DNA of 64,000 bases from Malacoraja senta (taxonomy: Eukaryota). The DNA lies in assembly GCA_038087875.1 (NCBI GenBank), contig CM075986.1:16864001-16928000 (forward strand), read 5' to 3'. The notes under the pieces were generated by a model that was not told the origin of the DNA, did no database searches, and saw nothing but the letters and a program-made list of their open reading frames with translations. Shown here piece by piece: positions 14,451 through 28,137 of the stretch. Position 1 is the stretch's first letter, and each line of letters starts with the position of its first letter. A program made the position numbers and the translations under genes.

Positions 14451-15754
14451 GTAAAATTTTGCTTTAAATCTGTTTTAAAACTAAACTGTTTTGTGTTCAT
14501 TCTTATTGCCTTATTCCAGATGTATCCTATTGTTGGATTCTGGGTATGAAGCACAGCTTTTATAATCGGCATGTAGCTCCTTGGCCACAGGGGTGTTTCC
14601 ACCTCGCTCCATTTGGCAGAACCTGTGTTGGTTGTGATTCTTATTTTGCCTACTACAATGTTACTTGGTAGATTGTATGGTATAGCATATTTCTATGATT
14701 ATGGATGGATTTGGCCTCTACTGAAAATTGTTCTATTCATGAAATATGCATATAAACAGAGTAAAGACACTGAGGGCTTTGGTCCCTCCCTCTCGACACT
14801 GATGTTTTCTGGGGCATTCCTCTCTGATCATGAATATGTTTACTATTAACCTATTCCACCAACTGCCTGTGATTCAGGCAAATAATTTTCTGCACCTTAT
14901 TTGTCTAGGTAACAATTCCACCTTTGCAGAATAGCTCTCCTAATTTTAGGGGTTATTTCCCTTGGCAACAGTTTTTCTAAAAAAATTTTTTTTTTAAATG
15001 CAGCTCCTTCTTGCTTCTGTAATGATTGCACTACTCCGTGACATTACGGAACATTCTCCCAGATCACCTCTTCCCCAATAAACATCTGGGCACAGTACTC
15101 AAGATAAAGTTTAACTTGCCTTTTTTATTTATTTTCCTTTTCAACTATCCTAGCAATTGGATTGAAAAATAACAAATATGGTTACTTTTTTTTTAAAGAG
15201 TAGAAGGCAGGAAACAACATGCCAATTAACAACATCTGTCATGAGGAAAATATTAGTAACTGTTCTTAAAATTATTTTGGTAGGGCACTTCCAAAAATTC
15301 AAGCTGATGCGGTAACGTCAAAATGGTTTTGTGACAGCAAAATTATGTTTGAACAATTTTTATTGGATTTTTTTTAAAGAAAGAACAGAGGAACATATGT
15401 TCTGGATAAAGAACAACCTGTTTCACAGCCGCTTGATAAGGGGCTGTGTTAAAGGTCAGTACATTCCAGACTCCAGCAACTTTGTGGGGGTAGGGAATTC
15501 CCTTTCAGATCCCCTCTAAATCTCCTGCCTCATCCTAAATTGGTGCCGTTTTATTTTATTTATACCCAGCTGGGGAAGACAATTATGACTGTCTAGCCTA
15601 CCTTTAGAGTAGGAAAGAACTGCAGATGCTGATTTAAATCGAAGGTAGACACAAAATGCTGGAGTAACTCAGGCAGCATCTCTGGAGAGAAGAAATGGGT
15701 GATGTTTTGGGTCGAGACCCTTCTTCAGACCTATCTACCTTTAGGCCTACCTTT

Positions 15755-16275
15755 AGTATTGGTTTATTATTGCCATGTGTACCAAGATACATTGAAAAGC
15801 TTTAGGTATGCTATCTAAGAAAATCATACCATACATGAGTTCATCGGGTAATACAAAAGAGAAAATAAACAGTGGAAACTCTAGTGTTACAGCTGCAGAG
15901 AAAGTGGAGATTAAGAAAAAGTGTGAGGGTTGCAACATCGTAGATTGGAAAATCAGGAATTCATCCCTAGTGTATGAAGGTCCTTTCAAGAGTCTGATAA
16001 CAGTGTGAGGGGAAGAGAGCTGATCTTGCATCTGGTGGTGCATCTTTCCAGACTTTTGTGTTGTCTGTCTTATGGGAGAGGGGAGAAGGGTGAATAACTA
16101 TAATTTTGTCTGCTTTTCCAAGGCAGGTGGAGTATGTTAGTATAGATTGAGTCGATGGTAGGAGGAAGCTGGTTTGTGTGATGGACTGGGCTGTCTGTGG
16201 TTTCTTGCTGTCTTGGGTCGAGCAGTTGCTGTACCAAGCTGTGATGCATCGGGATAGGAGGCTTTCTATGGCTCA
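15755..16275 (-). mobile_element. L2/Rex-type LINE 3' fragment
   Basis: Tail ttggtttattattgccatgtgtaccaagatacattgaaaag; related tails at about 10870-11140 (+) and 53700-54130. Confidence 0.55.
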
Positions 16276-16297
16276 TTGGCTGGAATTATTGGGGACA

Positions 16298-17905
16298 TGC
16301 TTGTGGGGAATATAAAAACTGACTCTCAAAGCTTCTTCAGATATGTAAAAAGGAAAAGATTAGTGAAGACAAATGTAGGTCCCTTACAATCAGAGACCGG
16401 TGAATTTATAATGGGGAATCAAGGAAATGGCAGAACAGTTAAACGAGTACTTTGTTTGTGTCTTCCTCAGTGAAGACAGAACCAATCTCCCAGAAATAAT
16501 AGGGGGCCGGGGATCTAGTGGGAGGGAGGAACTGAAAGGAATCCTCATTAGTCAGGAAATGGTGTTAGGTAAACTGTTTGGATTGAAGGCAGATAAATCC
16601 CAAAGGCCTGATGGTCTGCATCACAGAGTACTCAAGGAGGTGGCCCTAGAAATCGTGGATGCATTGGTGATCATTTTCCAATGTTCTTTCGACTTTGGAC
16701 CAGTTCCTGCAGGCTAGAACTGATCCAGATGTCACCATACGTTTTAAGAAAGGAGGGAGCGAGAAAACGGGTAATTATAGACCAGTTAGCCTTACATTGG
16801 TAGTGGGGAAGATGCTTGAGTCAATTGTTAAAAATGTTATAGCAATGCATTTGGAAAACAGGTCAAAGTCAGCATGGATTTATGAAGGGAAAATCATGCT
16901 TGATGAATCTTCTGGAATTTTTTGAGGATGTAACCAGTAGAATGGATAAAGGAGAACCAGTGGATGTGGTGTATCTGGACTTTCAAAAAGTCTTTGACAA
17001 AGTCCCACACAAGAGATTAGTGTGCAAAATTAGAACACATGGTATTGGGGGTGGGGTATTGCCATGGATAGAGAAGATGCAAAGAATAGGAATTAACGGG
17101 TCCTTTTCAGAATGGCAGGCAGTGACGGGTGGGGTGCTGCAAGGCTCGGTGCTGGGACCCCAGTTATTTACAATATATATTATGGATTTAGACGAGGGAA
17201 TTAAATGTAACATCTCCAAGTTTGCGGATGACACAAAGCTGGGTGGCAGTGGGAGCTGTGATGAGGATGCTATGAGGCTGCAGGGTGACTTGGATAGGAT
17301 GGGCAGATGCAGTATAATGTGGATAAATGTGAGGTTATCCACTTTGGTGCCAAGAACAGGAAGGCAGATTATTATCCTAATGGTGTCAGATTAGGAAAAG
17401 GGGAGATGCAACGATACCTGGGTGTGCTTGTACATCAGTCACTGAAAGTAAGCATGCAGGTACAGCAGGCAGTGAAGAAAGGTAATGTTGGCCATCATTG
17501 CGAGAGGATTTGAGTTTAGGAGCAAGGAGGTCCTACTGCAGTTGTACAGGGCCCTGGTGAGACCGCACCTGGAGTATTGTATGCAGTTTTGGTCTCCTAA
17601 TTTGAGAAAGGACATCATTGCTATTGAGGGAGTGCAGCGTAGGCTCACCAGGTTAATTCCCGGGATGGCAGGATTGACATAATGAAAGAATGAGTCGACT
17701 GGGCTTGTATTCACTGGAATTTAGAAGGATGTGAGGGGATCTTATAGAAACATAAAATTCTTAAAGGATTGGACAAGCTAGATGCAGGAAAAATGTTCCC
17801 GATGTTGGGTGAGTCCAGAACCAGGGGTCACAGTTTAAGAGTAAGGGGTAGGCCATTTAGGACTGAGATGAGTCTTCACCCAGAGAGTTGTGAATTCTCT
17901 GCCAA
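16298..17905 (+). mobile_element. CR1-clade LINE, degenerate reverse transcriptase region
   Basis: Frameshifted ORFs with [47 protein letters not shown]; 3' tail resumes at 18585-18672. Confidence 0.93.
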
Positions 17906-17914
17906 CAGTCTGTC

Positions 17915-18580
17915 TTTTTTTTGTTTTGTTTTTTAATTTTTAGTGTGTGTTAAAAGTTTGTGTAAATGTTCACCAGTTTGTTTTATGTGGGGGAGGGGGT
18001 GGGTGTTGGGGGAAACTTTCAGTTTCTTACCTTGACGGAGATGCGATTATTTTCCGGATTGCATCTCTGGTCGCTCGGCGGCCTACCATCAATGGAGCTG
18101 GAGGCTTCCTCGGACTAACCTTGAGCCCCACCACAGGGTGTGGACTTAACATCGGACCCTTGCCTGGGATCGCTCCAAACGCGGCCTGCGGACTTACCAT
18201 CAAGAGCTCACAGTCTCGGGAGAGACCGCGGATGTCGGGAGCTCCAACGACGCAGAGGTTTGCCCAGCCCCGGCACGGGGGAGCTGATTGCCCTGATGTG
18301 GAGGGCCCGATTGCTGGCTACGGGTGTCAAGATGGTCCCCTCAACAGAGGGCTCGAGGCCCCCGACTGCGGGAGAACAATGAAGGGAAGAGATTTGAACT
18401 TTTTTTCGCCTTCCATCAGTGAGGAATGTGGCGGAATCACTGTGGTGGATGTTTATGTTAAAATGTGTTTTGTGTGTTCCTTTGCTTTTTTGTTTGTATG
18501 ACTGACTTGACAAATGAAATTCCTCGTTTGTTGCAAAACATACTTGGCTAATAAAGTATTATTGTGAATTGTAGTTGTGA
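17915..18580 (+). mobile_element. GC-rich non-autonomous retroelement inserted in the CR1 copy
   Basis: Interrupts the CR1 3' region, retains CpG, and ends in an aataaa plus simple-repeat LINE-type tail. Confidence 0.55.
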
Positions 18581-18699
18581 TTTTAAATGATTAGCCATAA
18601 TCATATTGAATGGCGGTGCTGGCTCAAAGGGCCAAATGGCCTACTCCTGCACCTATTTTTCTATGTTTCTATGATATATATTTTCACCAATAATTTATC

Positions 18700-20250
18700 C
18701 TTGTCTGACCAGGTCCTCCCTCACAATCTTGTATGCCACTGTGGGGTCACTCCTTCGTTCCAAGGCAAAACAGACTTGGCTTATCCAAACTCTCTATAAA
18801 TGTAATGTTCCAATCCAGCAACATTATGGTGAATCTCCTCTGCACCCTCTGCACCCTCTCCAGCACAAAGACAAAGGTGTGGCGATCAGAACTGCACACA
18901 ATGTTCTGGCTGTGGTCTAACCAATGTTTTACAAAATTGTCACGTGGCATTCTTGTTTTTGTATTCTATCCCATAGCTTTCACCAGCTGACCTACCAATG
19001 TATCATTTTTGGTGATCTATGGACGTATTATCAAGGTCCATTTGTTCATCAACACTCCCTAGGGCCTTGTGTGTGCCCTATATTCATTTGACCTTATAAA
19101 ATGCACCACTTTGCACTTTAGATGTGCTATGCCAATCATAGCACAGCTATAATCAATATCGTTGAGAATCAAGTGTTTAGTTGGCATATGCACTTGGGAA
19201 CAGAACAATTAAATGCTGACTTGTGGCCGCTTTACAGGCCCATTATCCCAATAAAACAAAATAAAATGCAATAAATAAAATCATTTTGTAGCCTAACACG
19301 GTCCTCCTTGCTTTCTGCTACACATATTTTCATGCCATCAACATTCACATTCTAAATTTCTAATCATGCCTCCTGCATTCACATTTAAGCCATTAACATA
19401 CAAGGCAGACATCAAGAGTCCAGGCTATTATCCTTAATCTTCCAATCAGTAAAGCAACCTTCCTTCAACACCCGCCACCTCTTAATTCTGCATCCAATTT
19501 GCCTTGGATCCCATGGACTCTAACCTTTTTGATCAGCCTGTTGTGCAGGACCTTGCCAAAGGCATTACTGAAGTCCATGTAGACAGCATCCCTCCTGAAT
19601 CATCCCTTAAGTAACACATTCATCTGATCGATCCTCTGCTCTTTATTTGCAGATGGCACAGGTTGTAATCCAGGGATTACAATTTAAGCTTTGATCTTTA
19701 ACCTTCCACCTAATTCCCTAAATGCATGTTGCAGGACCTCATCCCTCTTTCCATCTGTTGTTAATACCGTTGTGTACCATGATCTTAGGCCGATCACATG
19801 CCCCTATCAGAGGCAATATATCATCTGGGAGTCTAATTTAAAAACACTCAAGTGTTCCCCTTGCTATCAAGTTCCTGACTTCTGTAACTTGCAGTCATTT
19901 TCCTCCCCTGGTGTCCAACAGCACCAACTATGGTACCACAAATTTGGCTGTTGCTGTTTTCTGCTGCCATCTCCCCTAAAAATACCTAAAATGGTATGCC
20001 TGTTTAAGAGACTGGTGGCCACAGCATGCCTACACCTACTGATCTTCCTGATGGACCAGTTTGCTAACTGTTCTATCCACTGAGTTTGCAACATTATGGA
20101 TGCTCTGTGGTGAGCTTGAACTATCCTATGTGTTTAGTTAGGAGCTGCAGCAGAATACAGGAGCTGCAGCAGAATACAGTTTGTGCACATTTGCTCATTG
20201 GGGGCATGTGACATATCCCTTAATTACTTTCTAATTATGAAGCAACTAAA
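18700..20250 (-). mobile_element. Decayed CR1 fragments
   Basis: VLERVQRVQRRFT remnant and RT-region remnants (ggaccttgccaaaggcattactgaagtccat). Confidence 0.6.
20142..20179. repeat. 19-bp perfect tandem duplication
   Basis: gagctgcagcagaatacag x2. Confidence 0.9.
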
Positions 20251-21048
20251 CTCTGCTAATGACCGTCCTCTGCTTTAAACACCAACAACTACACCACTGA
20301 CCTTTCCCTATTTTAAACACTAAACAACTGCACTCTCAAGTCCCTGAAACAATGAAAAAGAAAATCTGAAAACAGCCACCTGATTGATACTCTCCAATTG
20401 TCCACCTTACCAAAGCTTTGTGCAAAATCAAGCTGTGGTTTATTACTTATTACCTGGAATGATAAATAATCAGAGGAGGTAGTGGGATGAATGGGATCGT
20501 AACCTGTGGATCCAATGGGCCAAATAACTATCTTCTGTGTTATTACAAGTATCGAAGGGTCATCAGCTTAAAGGTAAACTAAGTTGGAAATGAGGTAACG
20601 TTTTGTGTCCTGAGGGTTGAAAGTCTGGAACTCCTCAAAAGGCAGTAGGTATTGACTTTTTTTGTTATCAAAGATAAAGATAAATTCTTGATTAAGAACA
20701 TCTGGCACACCTGGAAACTTGCACTAATCCCAGAAACAGATCTCAATCCACCTTTACTTTTTCCCTTATTGTCCCTTATAGCTGACTTGGCTATTCATCC
20801 CAGTTTCTGAAATACATCAGAGCAAAACTGTATATTTTTTAAACCTCACTGATTATCAGTCAGTAATATTCTCAACCAAATTAATGCTTGAGTTGCATAA
20901 TCCTATTAATGGACTAGCAAGCTCATTGGAAATTGGAATGACAGTTTATAGTTCAGTGGAAAGGTTTGCTTTAGCTGTTGCTGTTAAGGATTGTGATGAA
21001 GCCCTTCTACAAACAAATGGTGTGAGATTTTCTTTAACTTTTTTTCAG

Positions 21049-21163
21049 CTTTGGAGTCTTGCCCCTGGAGACACCAAGCCCATGTGATGGTTCCTTTATG
21101 CAAAACTATACAAATTCTTCTTCTGTGATTGATTCATCCTCTGCAGGAGGCCCCACAAAAAAG
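21049..21163 (+). CDS. CDC27: CDC27 exon 8 equivalent
   Basis: tttcag| ... aag|gtaagg, 115 bp; FGVLPLETPSPCDGSFMQNYTN...GGPTKK. Confidence 0.95.
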
Positions 21164-21309
21164 GTAAGGTTATATTTTTAAAATCATTTATGGTTGAAAT
21201 AAGGAAGAGAATTTAAACACATTGTTTTGCTCGCAATGTACGTTACTTGTGTTGGCAGGTATTTCTGAAAATTGATTCCTATCTATCTTCTCCCTTCATA
21301 ACTCGAAAG

Positions 21310-21425
21310 TCTGTGGCGAGAATATCACAAAGTGGAACCAAGTCTGTATTCACACAGAGTGGAAATAGTCGCGATGTAACTCCAATTCCACTGACTCAGA
21401 CGCAGACTTCAGGTCCACAGACCAG
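21310..21425 (+). CDS. CDC27: CDC27 exon 9 equivalent (alternative in-frame acceptor would start it at 21259)
   Basis: cgaaag| ... ag|gttggc; SVARISQSGTKSVFTQSGNSRDVTPIPLTQTQTSGPQT. Confidence 0.88.
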
Positions 21426-22730
21426 GTTGGCATGCAGCTATATATTGTTGTGTCTAATTGATTTTTGGTGCATACTGTGCCGAATGATTTGTAAGAACAA
21501 AAGAAACAACAGTTGAATTTTTTTTAATCCAGCTTTTGTAGTTAATCGTACCTCCACACAACTTTCTTGCATTCTTCCCATATCATTCAATTCCCCCGAT
21601 ATTCAGAAATCTATTAATCTCTGCTTTGAATGAAAGCAATGGTTTAGCCCTCTAGGGTAGAAACTGTCAAGGATTCACTATCATTTGTGGTGTTCCTTAT
21701 TTTGAGACTATAGACTGAGATTGTAGACTTGGTTCTCAGCCAAGGTGGGTGGGGTTGAACAACTTTTGATGATATTTACCCCGATTTCTCCAAGCTCCAT
21801 TGTTTGTAAGCCTAGTTTACTTATTGTTGGGGTGGGGGTACGGAAAGACGCAATATGATATATAGAGTCGCTGCTGCATCTCAGGAGAGAAGATGCATCA
21901 ATCTTATTTCTCCCTCCCCTTCTCTGCCTGCAATTTATTCTTTCTCATTCATCCATCAATTCCCCTTTGATTCATTTGGTCATTAATCTGCTGCCAGAAA
22001 TAATTTATAGTTGTCATTTAACCGACAAACACACCTTTGTGAAATGTGAGAAGCAAGAACACCTGGAGGATTTACACCAGGTAGTGTAAAGTATATGCAT
22101 AACAGAATTTGAGGTTGGGATTGAAACTGGGTTGCTGGTGCTGTGGAGCTACGCCACTAATTGTGGTGACACTTCGTCACTCCTCATACAGCACACTAAT
22201 CATGCTGGGAGCCAGCACAGTAAAACTTTATATTTTCTTGAGTAAGAAGTACTAAGTGACGGAAAATGGAATTAAAGCACCAACCACTTGTGATCTAATA
22301 GAATGGTGAAAGAGATTTGAGGTGTTGAATGGCATTTTCCTAATCGTGTGTAAAATAATTCTGTTGCAACATATGAAGGCAATAATTGTAGCATTGCAAA
22401 TAAATAATGTGTAGATTTAAACTGTTCCACACTTGATCAGAGAAATTGAAATTGCACTTTAATACTGACCATGGCAATTTGAGACAATCAGCAACAGTAA
22501 GATAGACAAACACTGAGGATCTCCTTAGAACAATTAATTGAGTGCCTATATGGCATGCATGCAGATTTCAGACGTGTAGATGTTTGTTGTTGAGCTCTCA
22601 AGCATCGAGAACCATAGTTAAATTTGCAAAGTTTTTGTTAAGTTAGAAAAATGTGATAATACTGTCTGCTAGCCCATGGCATTTTAGTACTATTAAACTT
22701 GTTTGTGATTTTTCTCTTTAACTTGTTCAG

Positions 22731-22839
22731 TGCAGCACAAGTACTATTCCCAACAAGTACTGCTCCCACAAACGCACCTTGCAATGCACCACCCCGCCGC
22801 AGTTCCAGGCTCTTTACAAGTGCCAGTTCAACTACAAAG
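22731..22839 (+). CDS. CDC27: CDC27 exon 10 equivalent
   Basis: gttcag| ... aag|gtaag, 109 bp; AAQVLFPTSTAPTNAPCNAPPRRSSRLFTSASSTTK. Confidence 0.93.
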
Positions 22840-24914
22840 GTAAGAGATTCCACCTGGTGTTAATTGCAGTTGCTATGAACACAACTCCCTTACTACATCT
22901 AATTTATGTTTTTAAAGTACTTGTACTATTCTACCTTAACTTGGTTTAAAAAAAAAAAAGGTTACAGTAGAATTATATGATTAGCTTTTCACATAAAAGG
23001 ATACTAGAAACACTAGCAGGACAGCATCAGTGGGGAGGAGATAAATCTAATGCATAATACCTTTGCTCTGCCTCAAACAATTTTTCACCATGTTATGTTT
23101 TGATTTGCCTTGAAATCTATCTTCAAGATAAAGAATGGAGATACCACTTTTTGTCGTAGTTTTCTTTTTATAGTTCCATCTATTAAAATGGCTTCTACAG
23201 GCTTCCCATTCTCACTAGCAATCTTTAACACACTGTTGAACATTAGTCCACATTTTTGTCTAAATCTGGTGAAGGCATTCAATATATCAGTTGCTTCTTT
23301 AGTGGCACTAGAACGGGCGTGTTTATTGCAGCCATATCTATTACGATACGTACAACGATGCCGTTCCAATAGTACGTGTCAAGTTAATAACAGATTCAAT
23401 CATTTATAAATATTTAAGTTTGCAGTGTGGTTACTCGTTTTCACTGGCATCGAATGACATAACAAAGTAATCTTTTGTTGAATATGGGTGTTTAAAGGAA
23501 TCTTTCACCCCAGGGGAGAACCATTTATCTTCAATGTCCGTTTCCTTTTAATATATCCTCAAGCTGTTGTTTTTGTTGTTACATGCGATTTTACAATTTT
23601 GATCAATTTTCTCCCTTGTTATTAGGCTTGTAGTTATGTGCTATTTGGTCCCGATTCCCAGTCACCCAGTCCACCACTAACTTTTTGTCACTTTATATGT
23701 TTAGTTTTTTTGGGGGGTTTTCTTAACCTACGTTTATTAATCACAGATGGATTCATATTTCTCAATGAGTCCTTCTTTCTGACTGAGATAAATTTCTGCA
23801 GATGGCATTAAACCGGAAATTAGAGAAGCGTGAAGTAAGGATAAAAAATGCTGGAGTAACTCAGTGGGTCGGACAGCGTTTCTGGAGAACATGGATAGGT
23901 GACATTTTGGGTTGAGGCCTATCTTCAGACTTATTGTGGGGGGGTGAGGAAAGCTGGAAGAGAAGAGGAGCAGGACAAAGCCTGGAAAGTGATAGGTGGA
24001 TACAGGTGGGGGAGTTTGATGGGCACATGCTTGGGCAAAGGCCAGAGGTGGAAATTAAAAAAAATTACGAAATAAGGATGGGTAGTTGCAAATTGTGAAG
24101 CCAGAGGAAGGAATGTAGGGAGAGGGGAGAAATGGGTGCAAGTCCGGATGGGGCACAGTGAAGGGTACACAAGGGGGGGGGGGGGAAGAGAGAGAGAAGG
24201 GGAGGAGTGGTTTGGGTTAGTTACCTAAAATTGGGGGATTTGGTATGAGAGTTCCGAATATTAATTTTTGTGATTGTTCTTCATAGAATCTTTTTCTATG
24301 AAATTACTTGTGCTGTATTATTGAGCATGATGAATGTAAAATCTTATATTCCTAGGATGGATCCACAGCATATTGTTTGAGACACTGTCCTGAATGGGTG
24401 TCAAGGCATTGATCTTGACTTTGTTCCTATCTTTGCTAATTTGATGTGTCATGATTATTGTGCCACCATTAGTTACAAACATCTTTAAAAAATATTATTT
24501 CCTTGAACAGTATGGTTAGTCATAGGGGGGCCATAATCCATTCACATCTATCAAAGTTAGTTCCATTTGCCTGTGCTGGTCAGATTCCTCTTAAACCTTT
24601 TCCTAACCATGTACCTGTCCAAATGTTTTAATTGTTCATTATATCAGTTGCTTCCCAGTCCTGCTAAAGTATATAATCTGGTAGCTTGATTCTGGTTGCT
24701 TCTTTTTATATCAAGGTTATTTCTCACTGCCATCCGCCCCTTCCCTCCACCCCTACAGTACTTTGTCCTGGCAATCTTTTCCGATTCATTTTCAGCTTTT
24801 GTTACCTTGCAATCATATAATGGCTGTTAGATCCGAGCCATTAGACCTTTTCATTACAGTGGTGGGTTTCAAGTATCTACACGCACATTCAAGTATGTAT
24901 TTGTTTTAAAACAG

Positions 24915-25122
24915 GAAAATAGTAAAAAGCTGAAGATGAAGTTTCCACCTAAAATTCCCAACCGAAAGCCAAAAAACAAAACTAATAAAGGAGGCATAAC
25001 GCAGCCAAACCTCAATGATAGCCTGGAAATCAGCAAGCTTGACTTCTCTGTCATTCCTGATGGCAAAATCTCCTCAGTCACACCTCAAGTGCAGGCCTTC
25101 AATATACAGAAAGCAGCTGCAG
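24915..25122 (+). CDS. CDC27: CDC27 exon 11 equivalent
   Basis: aacag| ... g|gtaagc, 208 bp; ENSKKLKMKFPPKIPNRK...QAFNIQKAAA. Confidence 0.97.
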
Positions 25123-26735
25123 GTAAGCTTTATCTTAGTTGATGAGCATGTTCAGCCTATTTTCACAGAATCAATGCACTGCTAGTAATGAATTCCTCAT
25201 AGTGTGGGTAGGTGATTCGAGGCGTTTGAATGTAAAGTAATTGGTTCATTTTTCCATTTAATATTATTGGGTGGAAATGTTTCCAATATGATTTTCTGAC
25301 TTTTTTTTGCTGTCCTGTTTCTTTGATATTGGATACTGGGAGTGTGCTAACTGACATTCATTTGCATTTACATAATTTGCTGCAAGCCACATCAAGGTGG
25401 ATTACAGGTGTTTATCAAGCTGTCCCACTTACAGCAGCAGTTAGGCCAATTGGCTGAAGGCTTCTGAAGTGACAGAGAACTTTAACAGGAAATTTAATAA
25501 TAAAGGGCTTTGCCAATTGAAGGCATAACTATCAGAGGTGTTATGACTTAGTTAAGGACATTAGATCAAAATTGTACCAGAGGAATCCAGCACATCTCTG
25601 GGGAACTGACAAATAGTGTGAAATGACCCTTCAAAATAAATTAGCCAAGACATAAGAACCTATTAAGTGAATTGTAACCTGTGCAGATTCAATCTTGGCC
25701 TTGCCCAATTAGTCAAACCATGTGATCTGCCAGTTAGGTGAGAGAATTTCACATTCACATTTATAATGGTCACCTGTGTACCAGGCATGTGTGATAGCTC
25801 CAGGAACAGGTTCCATCCTGACATCTGGTACTGTCTGAGCATATTCTCCCTTTTTGCCCCAGTTAATCTGTTTTCTTCCCACATCCTATGAACACGGTAG
25901 GATAATTGGCTACTATGGCTTATTTCTTAAGTGGAAAAAATCAAAAGGGGGTGAGCATTAGATAAAATAATTGGAAAGGCATCAGTGAGTGGAGGAGAAG
26001 TAATGGGACTGGGAGCTGCCCTGGATTAATGGACTGATTGTTTTCTTTCCAATGTATAAGTAATGTTCCTGCTCAAGCAATTGTTGACTTTTAGGCAGGA
26101 AGCAAACAGTTCAAGTGCACGTGAATCCTCGGGTTAGTAGTTGGGTGTGCAAACAGTTATTGGCAGTTCCCTCAATTGTCCATCTTTTTAATTGGCCTTG
26201 CCAGCAACAATATATCCCTACTAATGCTTCAGTTTTACAGCTGAAACTAATTCTTATGCAAACCATTGCCACTTCATGTTGTAAAAGCTGAACATATTGT
26301 ATACAGCTGCTCATTCAACTTCTTGTCCAGAACACATTTGGATTTTAGGCACCAGATGAATCATTTGGGGTTTGAAGTCGCAGTCAATTTGATTTTTTTT
26401 TAATTGTGATGTTGCATGAATTTCTCTGAAAATTGATAGCCATGACATGCAAAATATTTTATTCTGATTGTAGAAAACATGTACCCAGTAGTGCACTCTA
26501 TGTAATGCAAAATAATCTTTGCGACTGATCAGATGATAACAGTTCACTTCAATAATCAGTCGAACCAAAATGGATCATGCAGTATTGTGTTTAGAAACTC
26601 TGACCCAGTTTCAAACCTATTTTGGTTTTTGCTGAAGTAACCGTGTTGTAAGGGTTTTGTTCTAATGTTTTTGACGCACCGGACCTTTGGTCTACCAATA
26701 AAACTTTTTTTTTTATTCTAATTTGACTATGCCAG

Positions 26736-26908
26736 ATGGACTGATGAGCCTTATGCGTGAGATGGGGAAAGGATATTTGGCACTTTGTTCATACAGCTGT
26801 AAAGAAGCAATTGGTATCCTAAGTCAGTTACCTTCGCATCACTACAACACTGGTTGGGTACTATGTCAAATAGGAAGAGCACATTTTGAGCTGGCTGAAT
26901 ATATGCAG
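26736..26908 (+). CDS. CDC27: CDC27 exon 12 equivalent
   Basis: gccag| ... cag|gtaagt, 173 bp; GLMSLMREMGKGYLALCSY...FELAEYMQ. Confidence 0.97.
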
Positions 26909-28091
26909 GTAAGTGGCTGGCTAAATTAATAAAATGCATATTTGAAAAAATTTCAAGCGGGGAAATCAGGATGACTTTGCATATTGATGGAATTTTAATG
27001 ATGACTGAGAAAGGTCAAAGCTGCCTGCTCAAAGACCAAAACAGTTTTCCAGAATTACAGGAAATGTCAGATTTTTAAACATTACTGTAGGAATGGTTCT
27101 AAAGAAGGAACTTGTAGGAAACTGTTTAGAAAAGATTATTTAAGCAAAGCCACTCCATGTGAATAAAGAAAAAAACATCAGCTGAGCCACCCACAAGACT
27201 GCAGCTTTCTATTTAATCTTGTTGATGAACATCTGTATTTAATAAAATAAGCATTATTTTGTATTAGATGGATAAGGATATTTTACAAGCACTTTTGTCT
27301 TGGCTGCAACTTATCTATTGTCCCCCTTCCCCTGCTCGAGCCTCGTTTTCCTCTCCACTCACTTTCAACAGGCGTGTATTTTATTTTTTAATTTTTTATC
27401 CCCTTCCCTGCCCACTCCCACAAACTCATTAAGAATTAGCTCTTACTCCTAATGATTGTTCACCACAGAATAATGACCACATGTTCAACCGAATGAGTTG
27501 TTTAATCAAACATTAGATACACATAGGGTTTTCATGGAAGCTTTTAAATGGGGAGGAAGAATTTTTTCAGTGTCCAGCCAAAATTACCCTCAATAAACTA
27601 CATCATTCCTCTACTCTAATGGTTCTGAGACCCCCTCCTGACTCTGACTCTCAAACTCTGCATCACAAAATGACAGTTAACTCTTGCCATGATGTGCTGA
27701 GCATCATGGATTCACATCTTCTCGGTGTCTACTTCAGTCCAAGCAAAGGCTCTCTCAGCGGGTGCTGCCCAATATACATTGTCCAAGCATAGGTGATACG
27801 AGCCAGGCATGGGTAAGTGGGACTAGCACGGTGAGACAACTTGGTCAGCAAGGAGTTGGATAGAAGAGCCTCTCTCCATACTGTATAGCTCAGTCTTCAT
27901 AACAGCAATGAAGGGAGGAAAGTAGGCTAGTCAGTAGGAACTGCTGATTTGTCCAGCAGATGCTTAAGACTTGCCCCTCCTGAGCCACACTTCCCCAGCC
28001 CTGTTCATATGCTGAGTCATGCATGCGTCTCTGACTACTTACCTTCCTCGTTCTTTTAAAAAAAAATTCAAACTCTTCTGTTCCTTGCTGG

Positions 28092-28127
28092 CTCTGTATT
28101 GAAAATAATCTCTGTATTGAAAATAAT
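28092..28127. repeat. 18-bp perfect tandem duplication
   Basis: ctctgtattgaaaataat x2, ending 10 nt before CDC27 exon 13. Confidence 0.9.
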
Positions 28128-28137
28128 CTTGTTCTAG

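Noticed and set aside
16276-17682. Reverse transcriptase as an active or domesticated gene, or a retron/DGR-type system
   Set aside because: Multiple frameshifts and deletions; an ordinary dead CR1 copy
17947-18513. 184-aa and overlapping ORFs
   Set aside because: They lie in a GC-rich repeat nested in a CR1 copy; no domain or splice support
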